Assembly (NCBI RefSeq): GCF_001194135.2
Contig: NC_068990.1
Location: 19,875,205-19,939,204 of the forward strand
Reading direction: 5' to 3'
DNA: 64,000 nt
Source: Octopus bimaculoides
Lineage: Eukaryota
The translations under genes were made by a program, and so were the position numbers. The notes beneath the pieces are model-generated. The model saw only the letters and a list, made by a program, of their open reading frames with translations. It did no database searches and was not told the DNA's origin. Below are positions 48,211 through 59,909 of the stretch, piece after piece; the stretch's first letter is position 1, and each line of letters begins with the position of its first letter.

Positions 48211-49096
48211 CTGTCTCCTTTTTCTTAATATACAATATCTGTACACCACTTCAAACACACGCACACACTCTCCCTTTGTATGTATGAAAAAAAAAAAACT
48301 ATGCGGACTAAATAATATTGGAACATTCCGCTTTTTATGGGGTACCCGTCGTATTATGGGACAGAAACATAGAAATGTATTGTCAAACATTTGGTGAAAA
48401 GACAAATTTGTTCGTCATTATATGAAGAAGATCAGAAAATCAAAAGTGAAAAATTGTAAAGAACTGGAGTAAAAAGTAAAAAGAAACGATGTTAATGACT
48501 ACTGAAGTATTATAATATAACATCTCAATTTAGAAGTAGTTTTAGAAAATTATAATCACAGTCTCAATTGTAAAAGAATGCAAAGAAATCTTACTTCTCA
48601 GGAAAAAGTAAAATATATCAACAGGACAAAGAATAATAAAAAATTGCATGTGAGATCTGAGGAAATAAGCAAGTGACAAAGAAGTAATGTGATTTTAGAA
48701 ATAATACATTTCTAAATCTGTCAGAGAGATTTATGCTCTAGTGATACGAAGAAGTAGTTGTATGCTGTCTACTTAATATGACAGTCCCCTGAAGGGTTTA
48801 ATACTACTGTTGGTTAGACCTAGGAACCTGCACTTCTTCCTGTCGGCCATGACACATTTCCTGTGTCCTTATGTTTACAAGGAGGAGAAAAGCAACTCCA
48901 ACCAGCTAAGCCTGCATCCAGAGACATGTTTCTGAATCTTTGAAGAATTTGGTGAAAAAACAAACATGTCTCTGAGCAAAGTGCATCAGTGGGCCCTTTC
49001 AAGTGTCATTTCTGCAGGTTCTATTTCAATCAATCTCTTCTTACCCTAATGTCATTTTGGCAGACACTGCTCTCTCACTCAATAATAATAATAATG

Positions 49097-49151
<55 letters not shown>

Positions 49152-49257
49152 NNNNNNNNNNCAACTTGTACAAATGCAAAACAAAAGTCAAACATAAAAT
49201 AACAATAATAATAATTAAGAATTTCAAATTTCAGCTCAGAGTCAGCAATTTCGATTG

Positions 49258-49428
49258 AGTGAGTAAGTCGATTACATTGACCTTAATGCTTCACTGTCAC
49301 TTATTTTATCGGACTGAGAGTATGAAGAGCAAAGTAGCCCTTAGTAGAATGTGAACTCAGAAAGTAAAGACGGACCAAATGCCACCAAGCATCTTGTCCG
49401 GCGTGCTAACGGTTCTGCCAGCTCGTCG
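49258..49428 (-). mobile_element. SINE family B
   Basis: gtaagtcgattacattgacc...cttattttatcgg...gaactcagaaagtaaagacggaccaaatgcc...gtccggcgtgctaacggttctgccagctcgtcg. Confidence 0.8.
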
Positions 49429-49894
49429 TTGTACTTGTACTTGTAACAATTACATATCTATGACAATACAAGTAGATACTGAAACGTATCCAACTATAAC
49501 AATAATTGTTTCTAGCAATTATGAATATTCTTACTATGTTAGGCAAGCAATAAATGACTGCAAAACATCAGTAAGGTTGCTCTTTAATTCCAGTTGTGCT
49601 CCAACTAGGCAGTGCTACGCGAAAACATATTCTCGCCTTGAAGGTATCTTTAGTTGTATTAAAAATTTCTTGTAAGTATACTTCGAAAAACAAATTGTAT
49701 GGAATGGTTCATTGCGTAGATGCTATCTCACACAATCTCCAAACTTCACCGTATTGCAGTTTATTAAAACTAATGCTATATGATAAACGCATATAACGTA
49801 TGTCATGCATACATATATTCATGAATGTATATATGTGTGTACGTGTGTATTACCTGTATCAGTATATATATAACAATATATGTATATACATATA

Positions 49895-50111
49895 CGAAAG
49901 GGTATTGAAAAGTTCTTGGCCTTAAGCATATCGGGAAAGGGCTGGATGGAGGTCTAACCTTCCCGGGTCATTTACAGAACTTAGAAAATGAGACGGACTG
50001 CTGCAATAAGTGTGTGAATCTGAGTAGTAGATAAGCAGCGAGCAAATGAAATCATAATTAACTCATCCGCCTGTATTTTCTTTTATCCAAAGAAGGAACT
50101 GTTGAGCACCC
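49895..50111. mobile_element. mariner-type MITE (~220 bp)
   Basis: Ends ta|cgaaagggtattgaaaagttcttgg and ggaactgttgagcaccc|ta are diverged inverted repeats of the TACGAGGG-type mariner TIR; TA on both sides. Confidence 0.6.
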
Positions 50112-50155
50112 TATATTGCATACGTACATACATACATACATACATACATACATAC

Positions 50156-50474
50156 CAAGTTTGCATACATGAGGCTGATAACATCATAAGACTTGGAAGA
50201 TCGCTCCATGAGCAACACTCTTTGTCTAATAATCTAGAATTCTTGCCCAAAGAAGTCGTACGACTCTACCGCAACGTATCATCAGATGAAAACTTGAGCC
50301 TATATGAGCAGAAGACTATGTATGGATATGTTAGTCGAAAGTTCCGTTATGATAGTAATATCGATCATCAAAACAGTTTATCGTGGACCAATAACCGGAT
50401 TACTTACTCCCACTTTGAAAGGTATGTGTTTGCCATCCAGGAAACAAGAAATATCAATCAAGTACCTGATGCAC

Positions 50475-50570
<96 letters not shown>

Positions 50571-51499
50571 CGCAGAGAAAGCTTTAAAATGTGACAACCG
50601 GTGCAGAATTTATGGAGTTCACAATGAAGATATCACCCACATCATAAGCCGTTGTCCAAAAATTTCATCGCTGCATTATATACGGATGAGAAATAACGTT
50701 GTTGCTAAGACACTCCATAAGGAAATCCGTCTGAAGGATAATCCGAAGGACAGAAAAAAAAAATATAGAACTCACAATATGGTAGACGCCATAGCCTATC
50801 GTAATAAGAAAGAATACTGGTGGAATGTACCAGTGAAGACCTCGATAGAATCTAAGCACAACCTGATACAATGACTTGGGATAGAGAAGAGAAACTGTGC
50901 ATAGTTGTGGAAATTAGCTACCCAGCAGATGTTAACATAAAGAGAACATCTATGCTGAACTATTAAGAAATCTGCAGCTACTCTATCCAGATTACAAGTT
51001 CAGGTTTAAACTTGTAATTATTGGTGCCCTGAGATATATAACACACTGCCTAAATACCAATCTTGAGAAATTAGGCTTCTCAAAACTAGGAAGGAGAAAG
51101 CTATTCCAATCCTTCCCTGGAGCAGTGAAAATCTGTAAAACTTTCTAGAAGTTTATCATCTAAATATATATGAGCATATCTAGATATGTAACTATATGCA
51201 TGAAAATACATACATAAAACATACAAATTTGCACATACATACATACATACATACATACATACATACATACATACATACATACATACATACATGCATACAT
51301 ACATACATAGATACATACATACATACATACATACATGCATACATACATGCATACATACATACATACATACATACATGCATACATAAAATATATATAACAT
51401 GTTGTTGATGTTGAAATTCCAATGAAGGAACCTTCGATCTAGGTTAGAAACCGGTTCTTTCTCTATTGACAAGAAATCTTGAAATAAACTGAATAATGA
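50156..51499 (+). mobile_element. 5'-truncated RLE (R4-like) non-LTR retrotransposon with 3' UTR, flanked by (CATA)n
   Basis: YEQKTMYGYV...YVFAIQE/QEISIKYLMHKR; CDNRCRIYGVHNEDITHIISRCP (knuckle); RNNVVAKTLH; EYWWNVPVKT; PDTMTWDREEKLCIVVEISYPADVN; VIIGAL; stop at 51161-51163. (CATA)n at 50125-50155 and 51500-51560. Confidence 0.88.
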
Positions 51500-51899
51500 C
51501 ATACATACATACATACATACATACATACATACATACATACATACATACATACATACATACACAATGCAGGATAAATCAATTATGACATATTTCTAACCAG
51601 ACAAGGTTGCATGCACATTGCCATTTGTTTTGATCTAAACTCCTTACCACACCCAACATCACATGTATTAATGTATACTAACATTAATACACGAGCCAAA
51701 CTACTTATTAGGCAGAGAAGTTACATATCATTCAATAATTAAAAAAAAGGAAAAATTAAAAATCTTGCTCGATTTACAAAGCATTATCATCACATCCGAA
51801 TTATCAAACATGCTTCTCTCCCGGTAGGAGAGCCAATCAATTCATACGCCCTACACATATGCATGCATACATGCACACATAGACAAGTATATATGTCTG

Positions 51900-52125
51900 T
51901 CCTTGGCTGGCCTCAAATCTCACCTGCGAACCCATGGAAAACAAACCTCACCCAGCTATTCTGATTATATGTCTGTGCACACGTTTGAATGTGGTGTGTG
52001 CCAGAGGGTTTGCAAATCCAATGGGGGTCTTAAAAGACATGTTAGGATCCACAATGAGCAGAACTTACTTGCAGGTATTGGTAGTGCAAATCAGAGGTGC
52101 AATCTGTGTGGGTGTTTTTTCAAAA
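51900..52125 (+). pseudogene. C2H2 zinc-finger fragment without TGEKP linkers, likely the C-terminal tail of an RTE-type LINE ORF; runs into a gap
   Basis: SLAGLKSHLRTH...FECGVCQRVCKSNGGLKRHVRIH...RCNLCGCFFK, open for about 75 codons, with no upstream start or acceptor context. Confidence 0.55.
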
Positions 52126-52944
52126 NNNNNNNNNNNNNNNNNNNNNNNNNNNNNNNNNNNNNNNNNNNNNNNNNNNNNNNNNNNNNNNNNNNNNNNNNNN
52201 NNNNNNNNNNNNNNNNNNNNNNNNNNNNNNNNNNNNNNNNNNNNNNNNNNNNNNNNNNNNNNNNNNNNNNNNNNNNNNNNNNNNNNNNNNNNNNNNNNNN
52301 NNNNNNNNNNNNNNNNNNNNNNNNNNNNNNNNNNNNNNNNNNNNNNNNNNNNNNNNNNNNNNNNNNNNNNNNNNNNNNNNNNNNNNNNNNNNNNNNNNNN
52401 NNNNNNNNNNNNNNNNNNNNNNNNNNNNNNNNNNNNNNNNNNNNNNNNNNNNNNNNNNNNNNNNNNNNNNNNNNNNNNNNNNNNNNNNNNNNNNNNNNNN
52501 NNNNNNNNNNNNNNNNNNNNNNNNNNNNNNNNNNNNNNNNNNNNNNNNNNNNNNNNNNNNNNNNNNNNNNNNNNNNNNNNNNNNNNNNNNNNNNNNNNNN
52601 NNNNNNNNNNNNNNNNNNNNNNNNNNNNNNNNNNNNNNNNNNNNNNNNNNNNNNNNNNNNNNNNNNNNNNNNNNNNNNNNNNNNNNNNNNNNNNNNNNNN
52701 NNNNNNNNNNNNNNNNNNNNNNNNNNNNNNNNNNNNNNNNNNNNNNNNNNNNNNNNNNNNNNNNNNNNNNNNNNNNNNNNNNNNNNNNNNNNNNNNNNNN
52801 NNNNNNNNNNNNNNNNNNNNNNNNNNNNNNNNNNNNNNNNNNNNNNNNNNNNNNNNNNNNNNNNNNNNNNNNNNNNNNNNNNNNNNNNNNNNNNNNNNNN
52901 NNNNNNNNNNNNNNNNNNNNNNNNNNNNNNNNNNNNNNNNNNNN

Positions 52945-52988
<44 letters not shown>

Positions 52989-53739
52989 GTGTGTGTGTGT
53001 GTGTGTCTTTGCGTGTACGTAACTATGTATGCATGTGTGTATGTGTGCATGTGTATGTATCTAAATATGTATGGTCTTCATGCATGTATGCGTGTATCTA
53101 TATATGCATGTTTGTATGTATGTATGTATGTATAACTGAAACGAAGCTGGAAAGGAACTTTTATATATAATAGATATTTGTGCTAATATAGTAATGGTGA
53201 TCTATTTTGTCAAACATTGATTTTACTTTTAAGATTCTCTCTCAGACTGGTTCTATTTTCCAGTTACGGTTCCAAACACATTGAGATATTTGCTTCAGTA
53301 GTTCGAATGACAGACTGTGTTAACAGCTGGATGTCTTTCAAACATCATAGATATTTAGCTCCGAGGCTGGAATCGAAAACGTTCATACAGAAGGATATAG
53401 ACTCGCTTGCATATGCACAGACGCACACACACTCACGCACATATACGCACACAGATAGACGTATACACAAACGTACATAAGCAGAAGAAGCATGCACATA
53501 CACATTCACTCAAGCGCACATACATACTTGTATATTACATATATATGTTTGTGTGAGGTAAAGTGTATGGAGTGTGTGTATGTGTGTGTATATATATATA
53601 GAGAGAGAGAGACACACACACACACATTCACACGCATATATACACACACATACACACACACATATATATATAGAGAGAGAGAGAGAAAGAGATAGAGAAA
53701 GATATACAGATAGATAGATGGATAGAGAGACAGACAAAC

Positions 53740-53780
<41 letters not shown>

Positions 53781-54607
53781 AAGATAGAAAATGTATAGAG
53801 ATAGCCTTATGTGTTTTCCTGAGTGTTTGTATGTCAGATTGAGCGCATGCATTTTACGCGTGTAGACATGTACGCCTGCATATATACGAACATGCACACA
53901 TCTACACACATGTATAGTTGGATGTATGCATACATACATATATATGCTCAAATATCGTATACGTATATGCATGTGTGTATATATGCATGTATGTATGTAT
54001 GTATGTATGTATATATGTGTATGTATATATGCATGTATGTATGCATGTATGTATGTATGTACACATGAATGAATGATTCGCTGAATCAAAACCGTATGTT
54101 ACCCTGGGGATATGATGCATTGCCAGTAGCAGAACATTAATATCACATTAAGATCACAAACAATAAGAGAGATTCCTCATATCAAATACACGATAAATGA
54201 CATTGATTGTGTATATGTTTTATGTTTTGTTTTTCCATATTAGCAGAAGAATAGAAATTTACACGAGACTTTCATAACGGATTGAATTGCTACCCCACTA
54301 AAATATTATTTTTAGCCCCGGGGGATGTATAAATCGGGAGCGGTTAGGTTTCGATTTGAGCTCAGAAAGCAGTGATACTAAATAAACGAGACATGCGAAT
54401 TGTTGGTTGGTCGTTTTGACCTGCTAGATATAGCAGCTTAATCACTTTGAATCTATATCATAATATCATTAGAAACGAAAGTGTATGGTATTTAATATAG
54501 TTCTTTACTTAATGTATATGACTTTCGTAACGCCAACCGCCAGTATATTGCAATGTTACATTTGTAGCAAGCCACAGCAACTGTAATGCAATATGTGTTT
54601 GCCGATT

Positions 54608-54800
54608 AAAGCAACGAGCTGGCAGAAACCTTAGTGCGTCGGACAAAATGCATAACAGCATTTCCTTGGGCTCTTTACCTTCCGAGTTCCAATCCCGCTT
54701 CAATGGACTTTTTCTTTTAATTAATCCTTTTGAGAGATAAAATAAATTCCTGCCAAATACAGCTACGATGTAATCGATTGAGGCCTTACCCACAAATCTG
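54608..54800 (+). mobile_element. old SINE family B
   Basis: aaagcaacgagctggcagaaaccttagtgcgtcggacaaaatgc...ccgagttccaatccc...gataaaataaa...cgatgtaatcgat. Confidence 0.65.
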
Positions 54801-54852
54801 TTGGTCTTTTTATTAAAATCAAAACGAATTATGTTTTTGCTCAGTAAAACGA

Positions 54853-55050
54853 TGGGATGGCAGAATTGTTAGAACGTGGGTCGAAATGATTGGCGGCATT
54901 TCTCTCTGCTCTTTGTGTTCTGATTTTCAAATCTCGCCGAGGTCGGCTTTTCCTTTCATCCTTCTAGGGTCGAGAAAATAAAGCAGTAGTGACACGCTTC
55001 GCACTCAGGCAATCGATTAATCCGTTTCGTGCAAATTTGCCGACCTTGTA
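54853..55050 (+). mobile_element. old SINE family B, tandem to the previous copy
   Basis: ggcagaattgttagaacgtgggtcgaaatg...ttcaaatctcgccgaggtcggcttttcctttcatccttctagggtcgagaaaataaag. Confidence 0.7.
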
Positions 55051-55974
55051 CAATGCTACCGATTATTTAACTTCATAAAAAGTTATGAAATTGCTATAAC
55101 AACAAATATTTTAAAATTACAGTATAATAAGCTGTAACAAACCCAAAGTTCGTCAGGGATTTATTTAGAAGCCTTACAGGATATTAAAGGAAACTTTTAA
55201 CCTTATATTATTTAAACACCGAAATTAAATGGTGCAATACATTTGAGCAGTTGCATCTCCGACTCTGAGCAATAACACAAAGTGAAGTGGCGAAAGACGA
55301 AATCCAATTGTTATTGAAGGTTTCGCTATGGATAAATTCACTCAAATCTCTGCGGTACTTAAATTCATTGCTTAATCATCATTATTTCTTACAATGTTAT
55401 AAAACAATGCACTTTTCAGGGAATTACAACGTCAATTTAATCAACAGTACCTGAATGCATAAATGCAATTTAATTAAATGTGCCGGGAGGAATGAAAATT
55501 AAATGAGACAACTACGAAAACAAATACAGAAGCAAAGATCGTCAACAATATTACTAATACTCCTGTGGTGAACGGTTAGAAGATTCTAGAGTAGATCAGG
55601 CAAAATCGTGCGCTGTGTTATTTTACATCGCCTACATGAAAGGAATCCCACCTGAGGTCCACTTAGACTTTATTGCTTCCGGCTTCGATACAATTATGTA
55701 CAAGGATCAATCATGTTTTAGTTTCTGAATATAAACAATCCTATGACTGATGTCCATAAAATCACAATAAGGTAATGAAACAAGAATGCAAGTTTGCACA
55801 GTCACACACAAATACTAGAGAAAGTCAAAAATTATTCACACTTTCGCCAAACCTTTCCTCCACCTGATCGCACTGCCTCCGGCGCTCGTATGCTAGAGGA
55901 TGGTACTCATGTAGTTATGTAACCAAGGTTTGATCTTGATCGCTTTTACTTCTTTCAGAATAAATACGGCCCCT

Positions 55975-56529
55975 TCACTGGGAGTGCAGCAAGGAAGAGC
56001 AGATATCAGTGATCCGATTTATCTGGTGTGATGGGGTATCAAGTGTTGAAATTCAACGCACGCTTTCAATACAATGTGGAAACAGTGCTCTACTGCGTTT
56101 GAGCATGTGTGAGTAGATCGAAAAGTTATAAAATGGCCGGACATGCGTGAAACATGAAGTGGTAGAGGAAACGGACGCCCATCAACCTCCACCATTGATG
56201 TGAAAATTCAACAAGCTCTAGGGATCGTTTTCTCCAACCGATGAGTGACCATCGATGTAGTGACATGTTCTTAGCTAATTAGTTATGATTCGGCATAAGA
56301 AGAAAACATTCTTGACAAACTCCACTTCCAAACAGTTTGCGTGAGATGGGTGCAAAGAGAGTATACAGAAGGGTATAAATATGACCTTGGGCCATCGCAT
56401 TGATACAAATTTCAAAAGCAGAGTATGAAGAGGAAACACCCGAAATCGCCTGCGAATAACAAATTCAAAGAGTCGACCTTCCGTAGAATAAGTTAATAAT
56501 AACCGTTTTGGGGGACACATTCCAGCTGA

Positions 56530-56530
<1 letters not shown>
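55975..56530 (+). mobile_element. mariner transposase N-terminal relic (irritans/mellifera-like; different family from 20043-22951)
   Basis: ECSKEEQISVIRFIWCDGVSSVEIQRTLSIQCGNSAL...NGRTCVKHE / GRPSTSTIDVKIQQ...SNR*VTIDVV...DKLHFQTVCVRWV / KHPKSPANNKFK. HTH, GRP and WVPxxL-like motifs are present; the DDD domain is missing. Confidence 0.9.
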
Positions 56531-56569
<39 letters not shown>

Positions 56570-56983
56570 GCATGTGTGTGTATGAGTGCGTGTGTGTGCA
56601 TGCGCGTGTGTATGCGTGTGTGCAAATAGATATTTCACCTCTGAACGTAAGTCCAAGAAAAAATATTTCGTATTGGTCTCGGGTGAAACGATATATTTAA
56701 TCAGACTTGCGGTTATGGAAAAATATCTTTAATCTCAGACTTCTTGCTTTGAGTACTTTATTCTAAGTGACCTGACTACATTCCTTTCAACCTCTTGCAT
56801 GTTAGGTGGAGTGAATATGCATATATGTATGAGTAAATTTAATGGGAAGCACGTTAGGCAAGTCGATTTACACAGAATATTAAATACATTTTATAGAGAA
56901 AAAAAAATGTAAATGTGTATGGATATAAAGTAATCAGATTTTCATAATATAAATAATAGGAGTTAAATGGGTAGAGTTTTACG

Positions 56984-57077
56984 AATCCGACAGCTGTTTC
57001 TGGAGCCTTGGCCGTCCGGAATAATGATAGCTACTTGGATCCAGTATCGGATAACACCGCCTCCGTCTTCAGGTGAG
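56984..57077 (-). ncRNA. type-I hammerhead-ribozyme-like motif with intact catalytic core
   Basis: Minus strand: cac-CTGAAGA-cGGAG-(~55 nt)-CTCCa-GAAA-CAGCTG-TC-gg. Stem III is the palindrome ACAGCTGT and the cleavage triplet is GUC; stem I is poor. Confidence 0.5.
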
Positions 57078-57269
57078 AGTTTTACATTGAAGAAGTTCAC
57101 AGGATGGAGTTTAAAGATAGAATGATTTAGCGGGGAACTCGAGTGTTAGGAAGGAGAGTTGGAGTTTTTTAGATACGGAGTAGTGGAAAGAGAAAATAGA
57201 TTTCAGGGTTAGAGTTAATAATGAGAGAAGTGATACTAGTCGATGTGGAAGGTGAGAGGAAGGGAGAAG

Positions 57270-57351
57270 GATGACTTAGGTAGTGAGTGATGACTTAGGT
57301 AGTGAGTGATGACTTAGGTAGTGAGTGATGACTTAGGTAGTGAGTGATGAC
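57270..57351. repeat. 19-bp minisatellite (gatgacttaggtagtgagt) x4.3, perfect
   Basis: Units start at 57270, 57289, 57308 and 57327, with a partial unit at 57346. Confidence 0.97.
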
Positions 57352-57880
57352 CTTTGTCATAGTTTTATGAAGGTCATAGGATTAAAGGTTGAGACAGTGA
57401 AAAGGGCTTGTTAGTAATCGGTCAAAATGATTTGACTAGTTCAATAGCTAGTGGAGTGAGGAGGTGGTAAAAATTAGTTGTTAATGGGACAAAGGAATTG
57501 GTTTGGCAATGGAGGGGTGTTGTGGTAAAGGGATGTGTATGAAATTGAATAGAGAGGTGTAGGTAGGGAGTGGGTAGAGGCAGATTGGTTAATTTTCAAA
57601 GGAGTTGGGTTTTGCTTAGTAACATTTAGACATGACCGAACGACTATAAATAGTCTGGGTGAGAGACAGAGAGAAAGAGTAGGCGATAATCCCAGGAAGT
57701 TTCTGGGAATATTATTTGTTGGTTGGTGTATAAGTTCGTGGAGAGTTTGTTGGATTGTCGCGTCGTTGTTATATATATTATCGTTACAAACATACATACA
57801 TACATACATACATGCATACAGATGTCATGTTACCTCGATTTCACAATAAAATTCTGCAGTTTGTAATACAATTTTTATAT

Positions 57881-58032
57881 AGGCGCAGGAATGGCTGTAT
57901 AAGAAGCTTGCTTCCCAATTACATGACTCCGGGTTCAGTCCCATTGCGTGGCACCTTGGGCAGGGGACTTCCACTATAGCCTTGGGCTGACCAAAGCAGT
58001 GTGAGTGGATTTGGTAGACGGAAACTGAAAGA

Positions 58033-58066
<34 letters not shown>

Positions 58067-58081
58067 ATATGCACACACACA

Positions 58082-58114
<33 letters not shown>

Positions 58115-58260
58115 TTGTGTGTCTGTTGTTCTCCCCACCACCATCGCATGACAACCAATGTTGATGTATTTACGTCCCCGTAACTTAGCGGTTCGGAAAA
58201 AGATATCAATAGATAAAGTGCTAAGCTTACAAAGAATAAGGCCAGGGTAGATTTGTTCAA
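57881..58260 (+). mobile_element. SINE family A, near full length with internal microsatellite
   Basis: aggcgcaggaatggctgtataagaagcttgcttccc...ccgggttcagtcccattgcgtggcaccttgggcag...gagtggatttggtagacggaaactgaaagaa-(TA)n(CA)n(TATG)n-...gacaaccaatgttgatgtatttacgtccccgtaacttagcggttcgg. Confidence 0.92.
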
Positions 58261-58464
58261 ATTTTATATTACTGGTGCATAGTATCTGAAGAATTAGTCC
58301 GGTCGTAAGCTGCTTTCACTCACTGAAAGTATCATTGTCTTCAAAACCAAACCTAGATATGTAAATATATTTTGTTTCAATGTAAAGGCCAAGATAGAGC
58401 AAATTATTTCTTTTGTAAGGGCAGAATCTTTAGACGAATATTGAAAACTGCAAAACAGAGTTAC

Positions 58465-58583
58465 CTGCATAAATCTATGAATTGTTACAGCATTTAGGAT
58501 TTGCGTTGGCTGTATTGAAAATAATGCTTCCAGACGAAACCAATATCTGTGAGTGCCGTGCCTCCGGTGAAACACCGTAACAG
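58465..58583 (-). CDS. candidate internal exon (119 nt)
   Basis: Minus-strand acceptor cttaccttggtag and donor CAG|gtaact. Open as (x)VTVFHRRHGTHRYWFRLEALFSIQPTQILNAVTIHRFMQ. No homolog recognised. Confidence 0.2.
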
Positions 58584-58718
58584 CTACCAAGGTAAGCTTA
58601 AGATTTCAAAAAAAGAAAACATAATGTAAAAGCATTTTAGCAACAAAAAGATTTCGATGAGATTCGAAAGAATTCAGACTAGCAATTCAATTTTCATTCA
58701 ATAAAAGAGATTCACAAA

Positions 58719-58751
<33 letters not shown>

Positions 58752-58804
58752 CACTTGTTGAATCCTGTGAATCAGTTATAAAGGCGCCTTATTATCTGAC
58801 TGCC

Positions 58805-59040
58805 AACGAGGCGTGTGACTGTTGTACTCAGGATCGCAAACATCGTAGTTTCGATTCTAGAACTGGGTGGCTCGTTGTGTTTTTCAGCAACGCACTTTAG
58901 TTCCTGTTAGGCCAGTCCACTCCATGTAAATGAGGAACTTCGCGAAGAGTCGATGTCGTGATTAGGACTGGTGATGAAATCGCGGTCGCTTATGTTCCAT
59001 GGAGACCGGATAACCGCTCCTGTTTGTGGCAGAACTCCAG
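58805..59040 (+). mobile_element. old family-D-like SINE
   Basis: gtagtttcgattctagaactgggtggctcgttgtgtttttcagcaacgcactttag...ccagtccactccatgtaaatgag. Confidence 0.5.
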
Positions 59041-59874
59041 ACTGTAATGCCCATGGCTTGTTGTTGTTTGTTATCTATGATGATGATGACGATAAGGAGG
59101 AGGAGGAAGTGGAGGAGAAAGAAGATGAACAGCTGCCAAGGCATATCTAACTGTCATTAATTTGCATTGTTTAATTCGGAATGAAGATAAAATGTTAATG
59201 ACCAAAGAAATCATTGTGTCCTCAGCTGTATTAAAATTAATCGTAAAGCATCAAATAATTTAAGTAATACCATTCCCATTATTACATCATAATATTCTTC
59301 GGAGCTGTATCTCTTAGAGGAAGAACATGATATTTACACAAAGGGGTCTCTTACTGCCAAGTTTAGACGAATCTGCTCATATTCCTACGAATCATTATTA
59401 TTCTGCGTCGTTCTCGGAAAATTAATCCAAAAATTGTTATTTTACTCTGATATTTAAAAAAAGAATACTTGAAATCTTTTCATTTATTGATAATGTTTTC
59501 CTCGTACTGCTGTTATGCATGTCCTGGGAGAGATTGTGATGTCTCGATAAATCGTTCTCACTAATGTATCGTATATGTTGGTCTTGTTCATACAGGCTGT
59601 ATTTGGAGGGTCACAGATCTTTATTCGAGCAAGAACGGCAATCTTCTCTTTATGGTGTGTCTATATCTACAATTATACTTTTCAAACTGGATGTAGAACT
59701 AGATCCAATCTTGAAGTTATACCTATTAAAAGTAATTCTATTTCGAGCGTGGGTAGGGAAATGCTTGTCTGTTAAATCTAAAAGGATTTTGCCAAAACTG
59801 GTTGCACCATCTTGAGACGCATTGAGGAGTCTATACCTCTTTGTGAAGTTATACTGGGTGTATACGTGATTTCT

Positions 59875-59909
<35 letters not shown>

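Larger units (their letters stand above)
56973..57770 (-). mobile_element. probable Penelope-like 3' UTR/terminal-repeat remnant
   Basis: Pyrimidine-rich on the minus strand, like 5820-6260, and ends in a hammerhead-like motif. No diagnostic protein motif seen. Confidence 0.4.

Noticed and set aside
57270-57351. Direct repeats as a CRISPR array or telomeric repeat
   Set aside because: There are no spacers, no cas genes and the context is eukaryotic; TTAGG appears once per 19-bp unit, not as a (TTAGGG)n array.
58465-58583. TVFHRR as a fibrinogen-domain (WTVFQRR) exon
   Set aside because: It lacks the preceding W and the DGSVDF..W..YK.GFG segment, and the spacing to the next aromatic motif is wrong.
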